This document shows positions 1 to 15,000 of a stretch of 64,000 nucleotides of DNA, in pieces. The stretch is from Balanoglossus misakiensis (lineage: Eukaryota; Animalia; Hemichordata). The notes under the pieces are model-generated. The model was given only the letters and a program-made list of their open reading frames with translations. It was not told where the DNA came from and made no database searches. The translations under genes were made by a program, and so were the position numbers. Position 1 is the first letter of the stretch, and every line of letters starts with the position of its first letter. Location: contig CM082588.2 in assembly GCA_040954595.2 (NCBI GenBank), positions 7,018,202 to 7,082,201 of the forward strand, written 5' to 3'.

Positions 1-3000
1 CGCAAAGTCGAAAAATTGTAATTTTTGGATGATTTTCATGAGCTATAACCCATGGTTTTTTCAAAAAAATGAAGAAATTTCGATATTTCGCAAAGTCGAA
101 AAATTGTCATTTTTGGATGATTTTCATGAGCTATAACCCATGGTTTTTTCAAAAAAATGAATAAATTTCGATATTTCGCAAAGTCGAAAAATTGTCATTT
201 TTGGATGATTTTCATGAGCTATAACCCATGGTTTTTTAAAAAAAATGAAGAAATTTCGATATTTCGCAAAGTCGAAAAATTGTCATTTTTGGATGATTTT
301 CATGAGCTATAACCCATGGTTTTTTAAAAAAATGAGGAAATTTCGATATTTCGCAAAGTCGAAAAATTGTCATTTTTGGATGATTTTCATGAGCTATAAC
401 GCATGGTTTTTTCAAAAAAATGAAGAAATTTCGATATTTCGCAAAGTCGAAAAATTGTCATTTTTGGATGATTTTCATGAGCTATAACCCATGGTTTTTT
501 CAAAAAAATGAAGAAATTTCCATATTTCGCAAAGTCGAAAAATTGTCATTTTTGGATGATTTTCATGAGCTATAACCCATGGTTTTTTCAAAAAAATGAA
601 GAAATTTCGATATTTCGCAAAGTCGAAAAATTGTCATTTTTGGATGATTTTCATGAGCTATAACCCATGGTTTTTTCAAAAAATGAGGAAATTTCGATAT
701 TTCGCAAAGTCGAAATATTGTCATTTTTGGATGATTTTCATGAGCTATAACCCATGGTTTTTTCAAAAAAATGAAGAAATTTCGATATTTCGCAAAGTCG
801 AAAAATTGTCATTTTTGGATGATTTTCATGAGCTATAACCCATGGTTTTTTAAAAAAATGAGGAAATTTCGATATTTCGCAAAGTCGAAAAATTGTCATT
901 TTTGGATGATTTTCATGAGCTATAACCCATGGTTTTTTCAAAAAAATGAAGAAATTTCGATATTTCGCAAAGTCGAAAAATTGTCATTTTTGGATGATTT
1001 TCATGAGCTATAACCCATGGTTTTTTCAAAAAAATGAAGAAATTTCCATATTTCGCAAAGTCGAAAAATTGTCATTTTTGGATGATTTTCATGAGCTATA
1101 ACCCATGGTTTTTTAAAAAAAATGAAGAAATTTCGATATTTCGCAAAGTCGAAAAATTGTCATTTTTGGATGATTTTCATGAGCTATAACCCATGGTTTT
1201 TTAAAAAAATGAGGAAATTTCGATATTTCGCAAAGTCGAAATATTGTCATTTTTGGATGATTTTCATGAGCTATAACCCATGGTTTTTTAAAAAAAATGA
1301 AGAAATTTCCATATTTCGCAAAGTCGAAAAATTGTCATTTTTGGATGATTTTCATGAGCTATAACCCATGGTTTTTTCAAAAAAATGAAGAAATTTCGAT
1401 ATTTCGCAAAGTCGAAAAATTGTCATTTTTGGATGATTTTCATGAGCTATAACCCATGGTTTTTTCAAAAAAATGAGGAAATTTCGATATTTGGCAAAGT
1501 CGAAAAATTGTCATTTTTGGATGATTTTCATGAGCTATAACCCATGGTTTTTTCAAAAAAATGAAGAAATTTCCATATTTCGCAAAGTCGAAAAATTGTC
1601 ATTTTTGGATGATTTTCATGAGCTATAACCCATGTTTTTTTCAAAAAAATGAGGAAATTTCGATATTTCGCAAAGTCGAAAAATTGTCATTTTTGGATGA
1701 TTTTCATGAGCTATAACCCATGTTTTTTTCAAAAAAATGAAGAAATTTCGATATTTCGCAAAGTCAAAAAATTGTCATTTTTGGATGATTTTCATGAGCT
1801 ATAACCCATGGATTTTTCAAAATAATGAAGAAATTTCGATATTTCGCAAAGTCGAAAAATTACTTTTTTTGGATGATTTTCATGAGCTATAACCCATTGT
1901 TTTTTCAAAAAAATGAAGAAAATTCCATATTTCGCAAAGTCGAAAAATTGTCATTTTTGGATGATTTTCATGAGCTATAACCCATGGTTTTTTCAAAAAA
2001 ATGAAGAAATTTCCATATTTCGCAAAGTCGAAAAATTGTCATTTTTGGATGATTTTCATGAGCTATAACCCATGGTTTTTTTAAAAAAATGAGGAAATTT
2101 CGATATTTCGCAAAGTCGAAAAATTGTCATTTTTGGATGATTTTCATGAGCTATAACCCATGGTTTTTTAAAAAAAATGAGGAAATTTCGATATTTCGCA
2201 ATGTCGAAAAATTGTCATTTTTGGATGATTTTCATGAGCTATAACCCATGGTTTTTTCAAAAAAATGAAGAAATTTCCATATTTCGCAAAGTCGAAAAAT
2301 TGTCATTTTTGGATGATTTTCATGAGCTATAACCCATGGTTTTTTCAAAAAAATGAAGAAATTTCGATATTTCGCAAAGTCGAAAAATTGTCATTTTTGG
2401 ATGATTTTCATGAGCTATAACCCATGGTTTTTTTAAAAAAATGAGGAAATTTCGATATTTCGCAAAGTCGAAAAATTGTCATTTTTGGATGATTTTCATG
2501 AGCTATAACCCATGGTTTTTTAAAAAAAATGAGGAAATTTCGATATTTCGCAATGTCGAAAAATTGTCATTTTTGGATGATTTTCATGAGCTATAACCCA
2601 TGGTTTTTTCAAAAAAATGAAGAAATTTCGATATTTCGCAAAGTCGAAAAATTGTCATTTTTGGATGATTTTCATGAGCTATAACCCATGGTTTTTTCAA
2701 AAAAATGAAGAAATTTCGATATTTCGCAAAGTCGAAAAATTGTCATTTTTGGATGATTTTCATGAGCTATAACCCATGGTTTTTTCAAAAAAATGAGGAA
2801 ATTTCGATATTTGGCAAAGTCGAAAAATTGTCATTTTTGGATGATTTTCATGAGCTATAACCCATGGTTTTTTCAAAAAAATGAAGAAATTTCCATATTT
2901 CGCAAAGTCGAAAAATTGTCATTTTTGGATGATTTTCATGAGCTATAACCCATGTTTTTTTCAAAAAAATGAGGAAATTTCGATATTTCGCAAAGTCGAA

Positions 3001-6000
3001 AAATTGTCATTTTTGGATGATTTTCATGAGCTATAACCCATGTTTTTTTCAAAAAAATGAAGAAATTTCGATATTTCGCAAAGTCGAAAAATTGTCATTT
3101 TTGGATGATTTTCATGAGCTATAACCCATGGATTTTTCAAAAAAATGAAGAAATTTCGATATTTCGCAAAGTCGAAAAATTACTTTTTTTGGATGATTTT
3201 CATGAGCTATAACCCATGGTTTTTTCAAAAAAATGAAGAAATTTCCATATTTCGCAAAGTCGAAAAATTGTCATTTTTGGATGATTTTCATGAGCTATAA
3301 CCCATGGTTTTTTCAAAAAAATGAAGAAATTTCCATATTTCGCAAAGTCGAAAAATTGTCATTTTTGGATGATTTTCATGAGCTATAACCCATGGTTTTT
3401 TTTAAAAAATGAGGAAATTTCGATATTTCGCAAAGTCGAAAAATTGTCATTTTTGGATGATTTTCATGAGCTATAACCCATGGTTTTTTAAAAAAAATGA
3501 GGAAATTTCGATATTTCGCAATGTCGAAAAATTGTCATTTTTGGATGATTTTCATGAGCTATAACCCATGTTTTTTTCAAAAAAATGAGGAAATTTCGAT
3601 ATTTCGCAAAGTCGAAAAATTGTCATTTTTGGATGATTTTCATGAGCTATAACCCATGGTTTTTTCAAAAAAATGAAGAAATTTCGATATTTCGCAAAGT
3701 CGAAAAATTGTCATTTTTGGATGATTTTCATGAGCTATAACCCATGGTTTTTTCAAAAAAATGAGGAAATTTCGATATTTGGCAAAGTCGAAAAATTGTC
3801 ATTTTTGGATGATTTTCATGAGCTATAACCCATGGTTTTTTCAAAAAAATGAAGAAATTTCCATATTTCGCAAAGTCGAAAAATTGTCATTTTTGGATGA
3901 TTTTCATGAGCTATAACCCATGTTTTTTTCAAAAAAATGAAGAAATTTCGATATTTCGCAAAGTCAAAAAATTGTCATTTTTGGATGATTTTCATGAGCT
4001 ATAACCCATGGATTTTTCAAAATAATGAAGAAATTTCGATATTTCGCAAAGTCGAAAAATTACTTTTTTTGGATGATTTTCATGAGCTATAACCCATGGT
4101 TTTTTAAAAAAAATGAGGAAATTTCGATATTTCGCAATGTCGAAAAATTGTCATTTTTGGATGATTTTCATGAGCTATAACCCATGGTTTTTTCAAAAAA
4201 ATGAAGAAATTTCCATATTTCGCAAAGTCGAAAAATTGTCATTTTTGGATGATTTTCATGAGCTATAACCCATGGTTTTTTCAAAAAAATGAAGAAATTT
4301 CGATATTTCGCAAAGTCGAAAAATTGTCATTTTTGGATGATTTTCATGAGCTATAACCCATGGTTTTTTTTAAAAAATGAGGAAATTTCGATATTTCGCA
4401 AAGTCGAAAAATTGTCATTTTTGGATGATTTTCATGAGCTATAACCCATGGTTTTTTAAAAAAAATGAGGAAATTTCGATATTTCGCAATGTCGAAAAAT
4501 TGTCATTTTTGGATGATTTTCATGAGCTATAACCCATGGTTTTTTCAAAAAAATGAAGAAATTTCGATATTTCGCAAAGTCGAAAAATTGTCATTTTTGG
4601 ATGATTTTCATGAGCTATAACCCATGGTTTTTTCAAAAAAATGAAGAAATTTCGATATTTCGCAAAGTCGAAAAATTGTCATTTTTGGATGATTTTCATG
4701 AGCTATAACCCATGGTTTTTTCAAAAAAATGAGGAAATTCCCATATTTGGCAAAGTCGAAAAATTGTCATTTTTGGATGATTTTCATGAGCTATAACCCA
4801 TGGTTTTTTCAAAAAAATGAAGAAATTTCCATATTTCGCAAAGTCGAAAAATTGTCATTTTTGGATGATTTTCATGAGCTATAACCCATGTTTTTTTCAA
4901 AAAAATGAGGAAATTTCGATATTTCGCAAAGTCGAAAAATTGTCATTTTTGGATGATTTTCATGAGCTATAACCCATGTTTTTTTCAAAAAAATGAAGAA
5001 ATTTCGATATTTCGCAAAGTCGAAAAATTGTCATTTTTGGATGATTTTCATGAGCTATAACCCATGGATTTTTCAAAAAAATGAAGAAATTTCGATATTT
5101 CGCAAAGTCGAAAAATTACTTTTTTTGGATGATTTTCATGAGCTATAACCCATGGTTTTTTCAAAAAAATGAAGAAATTTCCATATTTCGCAAAGTCGAA
5201 AAATTGTCATTTTTGGATGATTTTCATGAGCTATAACCCATGGTTTTTTCAAAAAAATGAAGAAATTTCCATATTTCGCAAAGTCGAAAAATTGTCATTT
5301 TTGGATGATTTTCATGAGCTATAACCCATGGTTTTTTTTAAAAAATGAGGAAATTTCGATATTTCGCAAAGTCGAAAAATTGTCATTTTTGGATGATTTT
5401 CATGAGCTATAACCCATGGTTTTTTAAAAAAAATGAGGAAATTTCGATATTTCGCAATGTCGAAAAATTGTCATTTTTGGATGATTTTCATGAGCTATAA
5501 CCCATGTTTTTTTCAAAAAAATGAGGAAATTTCGATATTTCGCAAAGTCGAAAAATTGTCATTTTGGATGATTTTCATGAGCTATAACCCATGGTTTTTT
5601 CAAAAAAATGAAGAAATTTCGATATTTCGCAAAGTCGAAAAATTGTCATTTTTGGATGATTTTCATGAGCTATAACCCATGGTTTTTTCAAAAAAATGAG
5701 GAAATTTCGATATTTGGCAAAGTCGAAAAATTGTCATTTTTGGATGATTTTCATGAGCTATAACCCATGGTTTTTTCAAAAAAATGAAGAAATTTCCATA
5801 TTTCGCAAAGTCGAAAAATTGTCATTTTTGGATGATTTTCATGAGCTATAACCCATGTTTTTTTCAAAAAAATGAGGAAATTTCGATATTTCGCAAAGTC
5901 GAAAAATTGTCATTTTTGGATGATTTTCATGAGCTATAACCCATGGTTTTTTCAAAAAAATGAAGAAATTTCGATATTTCGCAAAGTCGAAAAAGTGTCA

Positions 6001-9000
6001 TTTTTGGATGATTTTCAAGAGCTATAACCCATGGTTTTTTTTAAAAAATGAGGAAATTTCGATATTTCGCAAAGTCGAAAAATTGTCATTTTTGGATGAT
6101 TTTCATGAGCTATAACCCATGGTTTTTTCAAAAAAATGAAGAAATTTCGATATTTCGCAAAGTCGAAAAATTGTCATTTTTGGATGATTTTCATAAGCTA
6201 TAACCCATGGTTTTTTCAAAAAATGAAGAAATTTCGATATTTCGCAATGTCGAAAAATTGTCATTTTTGGATGATTTTCATGAGCTATAACCCATGTTTT
6301 TTTCAAAAAAATGAAGAAATTTCGATATTTCGCAAAGTCGAAAAATTGTCATTTTTGGATGATTTTCATGAGCTATAACCCATGGTTTTTTCAAAAAAAT
6401 GAAGAAATTTCCATATTTCGCAAAGTCGAAAAATTGTCATTTTTGGATGATTTTCATGAGCTATAACCCATGGTTTTTTCCAAAAAATGAGGAAATTTCG
6501 ATATTTCGCAAAGTCGAAAAATGGTCATTTTTGGATGATTTTCATGAGCTATAACCCATGGTTTTTTAAAAAAATGAGGAAATTTCGATATTTCGCAAAG
6601 TCGAAATATTGTCATTTTTGGATGATTTTCATGAGCTATAACCCATGGTTTTTTCAAAAAAATGAAGAAATTTCGATATTTCGCAAAGTCGAAAAATTGT
6701 CATTTTTGGATGATTTTCATGAGCTATAACCCATGGTTTTTTCAAAAAAATGAAGAAATTTCGATATTTCGCAAAGTCGAAAAATTGTCATTTTTGGATG
6801 ATTTTCATGAGCTATAACCCATGGTTTTTTTAAAAAATGAGGAAATTTCGATATTTCGCAAAGTCGAAAAATTGTCATTTTTGGATGATTTTCATGAGCT
6901 ATAACCCATGGTTTTTTCAAAAAAATGAAGAAATTTCCATATTTCGCAAAGTCGAAAAATTGTCATTTTTGGATGATTTTCATGAGCTATAACCGATGGT
7001 TTTTTCAAAAAAATGAAGAAATTTCCATATTTCGCAAAGTCGAAAAATTGTCATTTTTGGATGATTTTCATGAGCTATAACCCATGGTTTTTTTAAAAAA
7101 ATGAAGAAATTTCCATATTTCGCAAAGTCGAAAAATTGTCATTTTTGGATGATTTTCATGAGCTATAACCCATGGTTTTTTAAAAAAAATGAGGAAATTT
7201 CGATATTTCGCAAAGTCGAAATATTGTCATTTTTGGATGATTTTCATGAGCTATAACCCATGGTTTTTTAAAAAAAATGAAGAAATTTCGATATTTCGCA
7301 AAGTCGAAAAATTGTCATTTTTGGATGATTTTCATGAGCTATAACCCATGGTTTTTTCAAAAAAATGAAGAAATTTCGATATTTCGCAAAGTCGAAAAAT
7401 TGTCATTTTTGGATGATTTTCATGAGCTATAACCCATGGTTTTTTCAAAAAAATGAAGAAATTTCGATATTTCCCAAAGTCGAAAAATTGTCATTTTTGG
7501 ATGATTTTCAAGAGCTATAACCCATGGTTTTTTTTAAAAAATGAGGAAATTTCGATATTTCGCAAAGTCGAAAAATTGTCATTTTTGGATGATTTTCATG
7601 AGCTATAACCCATGGTTTTTTCAAAAAAATGAAGAAATTTCGATATTTCGCAAAGTCGAAAAATTGTCATTTTTGGATGATTTTCATAAGCTATAACCCA
7701 TGGTTTTTTCAAAAAATGAAGAAATTTCGATATTTCGCAATGTCGAAAAATTGTCATTTTTGGATGATTTTCATGAGCTATAACCCATGTTTTTTTCAAA
7801 AAAATGAAGAAATTTCGATATTTCGCAAAGTCGAAAAATTGTCATTTTTGGATGATTTTCATGAGCTATAACCCATGGTTTTTTCAAAAAAATGAAGAAA
7901 TTTCCATATTTCGCAAAGTCGAAAAATTGTCATTTTTGGATGATTTTCATGAGCTATAACCCATGGTTTTTTCCAAAAAATGAGGAAATTTCGATATTTC
8001 GCAAAGTCGAAAAATGGTCATTTTTGGATGATTTTCATGAGCTATAACCCATGGTTTTTTAAAAAAATGAGGAAATTTCGATATTTCGCAAAGTCGAAAT
8101 ATTGTCATTTTTGGATGATTTTCATGAGCTATAACCCATGGTTTTTTCAAAAAAATGAAGAAATTTCGATATTTCGCAAAGTCGAAAAATTGTCATTTTT
8201 GGATGATTTTCATGAGCTATAACCCATGGTTTTTTCAAAAAAATGAAGAAATTTCGATATTTCGCAAAGTCGAAAAATTGTCATTTTTGGATGATTTTCA
8301 TAAGCTATAACCCATGGTTTTTTTAAAAAATGAGGAAATTTCGATATTTCGCAAAGTCGAAAAATTGTCATTTTTGGATGATTTTCATGAGCTATAACCC
8401 ATGGTTTTTTCAAAAAAATGAAGAAATTTCCATATTTCGCAAAGTCGAAAAATTGTCATTTTTGGATGATTTTCATGAGCTATAACCGATAGTTTTTTCA
8501 AAAAAATGAAGAAATTTCCATATTTCGCAAAGTCGAAAAATTGTCATTTTTGGATGATTTTCATGAGCTATAACCCATGGTTTTTTTAAAAAAATGAAGA
8601 AATTTCCATATTTCGCAAAGTCGAAAAATTGTCATTTTTGGATGATTTTCATGAGCTATAACCCATGGTTTTTTAAAAAAAATGAGGAAATTTCGATATT
8701 TCGCAAAGTCGAAATATTGTCATTTTTGGATGATTTTCATGAGCTATAACCCATGGTTTTTTAAAAAAAAATGAAGAAATTTCGATATTTCGCAAAGTCG
8801 AAAAATTGTCATTTTTGGATGATTTTCATGAGCTATAACCCATGGTTTTTTCAAAAAAATGAAGAAATTTCGATATTTCGCAAAGTCGAAAAATTGTCAT
8901 TTTTGGATGATTTTCATGAGCTATAACCCATGGTTTTTTCAAAAAAATGAAGAAATTTCGATATTTCCCAAAGTCGAAAAATTGTCATTTTTGGATGATT

Positions 9001-12000
9001 TTCATGAGCTATAACCCATGGTTTTTTAAAAAAAATGAGGAAATTTCGATATTTCGCAAAGTCGAAAAATTGTCATTTTTGGATGATTTTCATGAGCTAT
9101 AACCCATGGTTTTTTTAAAAAAATGAGGAAATTTCGATATTTCGCCAAGTCGAAAAATTGTCATTTTTGGATGATTTTCATGAGCTATAACCCATGGTTT
9201 TTTCAAAAAAATGAGGAAATATCGATATTTCGCAATGTCGAAAAATTGTCATTTTTGGATGATTTTCATGAGCTATAACCCATGGTTTTTTCAAAAAAAT
9301 GAAGAAATTTTGATATTTCGCAAAGTCGAAAAATTGTCATTTTTGGATGATTTTCATGAGCTATAACCCATGGTTTTTTCAAAAAAATGAAGAAATTTCC
9401 ATATTTCGCAAAGTCGAAAAATTGTCATTTTTGGATGATTTTCATAAGCTATAACCCATGGTTTTTTCAAAAAATGAAGAAATTTCGATATTTCGCAATG
9501 TCGAAAAATTGTCATTTTTGGATGATTTTCATGAGCTATAACCCATGGTTTTTTCAAAAAAATGAAGAAATTTCCATATTTCGCAAAGTCGAAAAATTGT
9601 CATTTTTGGATGATTTTCATGAGCTATAACCCATGTTTTTTTTAAAAAAATGAGGAAATTTCGATATTTCGCAAAGTCGAAAAATTGTCATTTTTGGATG
9701 ATTTTCATGAGCTATAACCCATGGTTTTTTCAAAAAAATGAAGAAATTTCGATATTTCGCAAAGTCGAAAAATTGTCATTTTTGGATGATTTTCATGAGC
9801 TATAACCCATGGTTTTTTCAAAAAAATGAATAAATTTCGATATTTCGCAATGTCGAAAAATTGTCATTTTTGGATGATTTTCATGAGCTATAACCCATGG
9901 TTTTTTCAAAAAAATGAAGAAATTTCGATATTTCGCAAAGTCGAAAAATTACTTTTTTTGGATGATTTTCATGAGCTATAACCCATGGTTTTTTCAAAAA
10001 AATGAAAGAATTTCCATATTTCGCAAAGTCGAAAAATTGTCATTTTTGGATGATTTTCATGAGCTATATAACCCATGGTTTTTTTAAAAAAATGAAGAAA
10101 TTTCGATATTTCGCAAAGTCGAAAAATTGTCATTTTTGGATGATTTTCATGAGCTATAACCCATGGTTTTTTCAAAAAAATGAAGAAATTTCGCTATTTC
10201 GCAAAGTCGAAAAATTGTCATTTTTGGATGATTTTCATGAGCTATAACCCATGGTTTTTTAAAAAAATGAGGAAATTTCGATATTTCGCAAAGTCGAAAT
10301 ATTGTCATTTTTGGATGATTTTCATGAGCTATAACCCATGGTTTTTTCAAAAAAATGAAGAAATTTCGATATTTCGCAAAGTCGAAAAATTGTCATTTTT
10401 GGATGATTTTCATGAGCTATAACCCATGGTTTTTTTTAAAAAATGAGGAAATTTCGATATTTCGCAAAGTCGAAAAATTGTCATTTTTGGATGATTTTCA
10501 TGAGCTATAACCCATGGTTTTTTCAAAAAAATGAAGAAATTTCGATATTTCGCAAAGTCGAAAAATTGTCATTTTTGGATGATTTTCATGAGCTATAACC
10601 CATGGTTTTTTCAAAAAAATGAAGAAATTTCCATATTTCGCAAAGTCGAAAAATTGTCATTTTTGGATGATTTTCATGAGCTATAACCCATGGTTTTTTC
10701 AAAAAAATGAATAAATTTCGATATTTCGCAAAGTCGAAAAATTGTCATTTTTGGATGATTTTCATGAGCTATAACCCATGTTTTTTTCAAAAAAATGAGG
10801 AAATTTCGATATTTCGCAAAGTCGAAAAATTGTCATTTTTGGATGATTTTCATGAGCTATAACCCATGGTTTTTTCAAAAAAATGAAGAAATTTCGATAT
10901 TTCGCAAAGTCGAAATATTGTCATTTTTGGATGATTTTCATGAGCTATAACCCATGGTTTTTTCAAAAAAATGAAGAAATTTCGATATTTCGCAAAGTCG
11001 AAAAATTGTCATTTTTGGATGATTTTCATGAGCTATAACCCATGGTTTTTTCAAAAAAATGAAGAAATTTCGATATTTCCCAAAGTCGAAAAATTGTCAT
11101 TTTTGGATGATTTTCATGAGCTATAACCCATGGTTTTTTTAAAAAAAATGAGGAAATTTCGATATTTCGCAAAGTCGAAAAATTGTCATTTTTGGATGAT
11201 TTTCATGAGCTATAACCCATGGTTTTTTTAAAAAAATGAAGAAATTTCCATATTTCGCAAAGTCGAAAAATTGTCTTTTTTGGATGATTTTCATGAGCTA
11301 TAACCCATGGTTTTTTTAAAAAAATGAGGAAATTTCGTTATTTCGCAAAGTCGAAAAATTGTCATTTTTGGATGATTTTCATGAGCTATAACCCATGGTT
11401 TTTTCAAAAAAATGAAGAAATTTCGATATTTCGCAAAGTCGAAAAATTGTCATTTTTGGATGATTTTCATGAGCTATAACCCATGGTTTTTTCAAAAAAA
11501 TGAAGAAATTTCGATATTTCCCAAAGTCGAAAAATTGTCATTTTTGGATGATTTTCATGAGCTATAACCCATGGTTTTTTTTAAAAAATGAGGAAATTTC
11601 GATATTTCGCAAAGTCGAAAAATTGTCATTTTTGGATGATTTTCATGAGCTATAACCCATGGTTTTTTAAAAAAAATGAGGAAATTTCGATATTTCGCAA
11701 AGTCGAAAAATTGTCATTTTTGGATGATTTTCATGAGCTATAACCCATGGTTTTTTCAAAAAAATGAAGAAATTTCGATATTTCGCAAAGTCGAAAAATT
11801 GTCATTTTTGGATGATTTTCATGAGCTATAACCCATGGTTTTTTCAAAAAAATGAGGAAATTTCTATATTTGGCAAAGTCGAAAAATTGTCATTTTTGGA
11901 TGATTATCATGAGCTATAACCCATGGTTTTTTCAAAAAAATGAAGAAATTTCCATATTTCGCAAAGTCGAAAAATTGTCATTTTTGGATGATTTTCATGA

Positions 12001-15000
12001 GCTATAACCCATGTTTTTTTCAAAAAAATGAGGAAATTTCGATATTTCGCAAAGTCGAAAAATTGTCATTTTTGGATGATTTTCATGAGCTATAACCCAT
12101 GGTTTTTTCAAAAAAAATGAAGAAATTTCGATATTTCGCAAAGTCGAAAAATTACTTTTTTTGGATGATTTTCATGAGCTATAACCCATGGTTTTTTCAA
12201 AAAAATGAAGAAATTTCCATATTTCGCAAAGTCGAAAAATTGTCATTTTTGGATGATTTTCATGAGCTATAACCCATGGTTTTTTTCAAAAAAATGAAGA
12301 AATTTCCATATTTAGCAAAGTCGAAAAATTGTCATTTTTGGATGATTTTCATGAGCTATAACCCATGGTTTTTTTCAAAAAAAATGAAGAAATTTCCATA
12401 TTTCGCAAAGTCGAAAAATTGTCATTTTTGGATGATTTTCATGAGCTATAACCCATGGTTTTTTCAAAAAAATGAAGAAATTTCGATATTTCGCAAAGTC
12501 GAAAAATTGTCATTTTTGGATGATTTTCATGAGCTATAACCCATGGTTTTTTCAAAAAAATGAGGAAATTTCGATATTTCGCAAAGTCGAAAAATGGTCA
12601 TTTTTGGATGATTTTCATGAGCTATAACCCATGGTTTTTTCAAAAAAATGAAGAAATTTCGATATTTCGCAAAGTCGAAAAATTACTTTTTTTGGATGAT
12701 TTTCATGAGCTATAACCCATGTTTTTTCAAAAAAATGAAGAAATTTCGATATTTCGCAAAGTCGAAAAATTACTTTTTTTGGATGATTTTCATAAGCTAT
12801 AACCCATGGTTTTTTCAAAAAATGAAGAAATTTCGATATTTCGCAATGTCGAAAAAATGTCATTTTTGGATGATTTTCATGAGCTATAACCCATGGTTTT
12901 TTCAAAAAAATGAGGAAATTTCGATATTTCGCAATGTCGAAAAATTGTCATTTTTGGATGATTTTCATGAGCTATAACCCATGGTTTTTTCAAAAAAATG
13001 AAGAAATTTCGATATTTCGCAAAGTCGAAAAATTGTCATTTTTGGATGATTTTCATGAGCTATAACCCATGGATTTTTCAAAAAAATGAAGAAATTTCGA
13101 TATTTCGCAAAGTCGAAAAATTACTTTTTTTGGATGATTTTCATGAGCTATAACCCATGGTTTTTTCAAAAAAATGAAGAAATTTCCATATTTCGCAAAG
13201 TCGAAAAATTGTCATTTTTGGATGATTTTCATGAGCTATAACCCATGGTTCTTTAAAAAAAATGAAGAAATTTCGATATTTCGCAAAGTCAAAAAATTGT
13301 CATTTTTGGATGATTTTCATGAGCTATAACCCATGGTTTTTTAAAAAAATGAGGAAATTTCGATATTTCGCAAAGTCGAAAAATTGTCATTTTTGGATGA
13401 TTTTCATGAGCTATAACCCATGGTTTTTTCAAAAAAATGAAGAAATTTCGATATTTCGCAATGTCGAAAAATTGTCATTTTGGATGATTTTCATGAGCTA
13501 TAACCCATGGTTTTTTCAAAAAAATGAAGAAATTTCGATATTTCGCAAAGTCGAAAAATTGTCATTTTTGGATGATTTTCATGAGCTATAACCCATGGTT
13601 TTTTCAAAAAAATGAAGAAATTTCGATATTTCGCAAAGTCGATAAATTGTCATTTTTGGATGATTTTCATGAGCTATAACCCGTGGTTTTTTAAAAAAAA
13701 TGAAGAAATTTCGATATTTCGCAAAGTCGAAAAATTACTTTTTTTGGATGATTTTCATAAGCTATAACCCATGGTTTTTTCAAAAAATGAAGAAATTTCG
13801 ATATTTCGCAATGTCGAAAAATTGTCATTTTTGGATGATTTTCATGAGCTATGGTTTTTTCAAAAAAATGAAGAAATTTCGATATTTCGCAAAGTCGAAA
13901 AATTGTCATTTTTGGATGATTTTCATGAGCTATAACCCATGGTTTTTTAAAAAAAATGAATAAATTTCGATATTTCGCAAAGTCGAAAAATTGTCATTTT
14001 TGGATGATTTTCATGAGCTATAACCCATGTTTTTTCAAAAAAATGAAGAAATTTCGGTATTTCGCAAAGTCGAAAAATTGTCATTTTTGGATGATTTTCA
14101 TGAGCTATAACGGATGGTTTTTTAAAAAAAATGAGGTAATTTCGATATTTGGCAAAGTCGAAAAATTGTCATTTTTGGATGATTTTCATGAGCTATAACC
14201 CATGGTTATTTAAAAAAAATGAGGAAATTTCGATATTTCGCAATGTCGAAAAATTGTCATTTTTGGATGATTTTCATGAGCTATAACCCATGGTTTTTTT
14301 TTAAAAAATGAGGAAATTTCGATATTTCGCAAAGTCGAAAAATTGTCATTTTTGGATGATTTTCATGAGCTATAACCCATGGTTTTTTCAAAAAAATGAA
14401 GAAATTTCGATATTTCGCAATGTCGAAAAATTGTCATTTTTGGATGATTTTCATGAGCTATAACCCATGGTTTTTTCAAAAAAATGAAGAAATTTCGATA
14501 TTTCGCAAAGTCGAAAAATTGTCATTTTTGGATGATTTTCATGAGCTATAACCCATGGTTTTTTCAAAAAAATGAGGAAATTTCAATATTTCGCAAAGTC
14601 GAAAAATGGTCATTTTTGGATGATTTTCATGAGCTATAACCCATGGTTTTTTCAAAAAAATGAAGAAATTTCGATATTTCGCAAAGTCGAAAAATTACTT
14701 TTTTTGGATGATTTTCATGAGCTATAACCCATGTTTTTTCAAAAAAATGAAGAAATTTCGATATTTCGCAAAGTCGAAAAATTACTTTTTTTGGATGATT
14801 TTCATAAGCTATAACCCATGGTTTTTTCAAAAAATGAAGAAATTTCGATATTTCGCAATGTCGAAAAATTGTCATTTTTGGATGATTTTCATGAGCCATA
14901 ACCCATGGTTTTTTCAAAAAAATGAAGAAATTTCGATATTTCGCAAAGTCGAAAAATTGTCATTTTTGGATGATTTTCATGAGCTATAACCCATGGTTTT

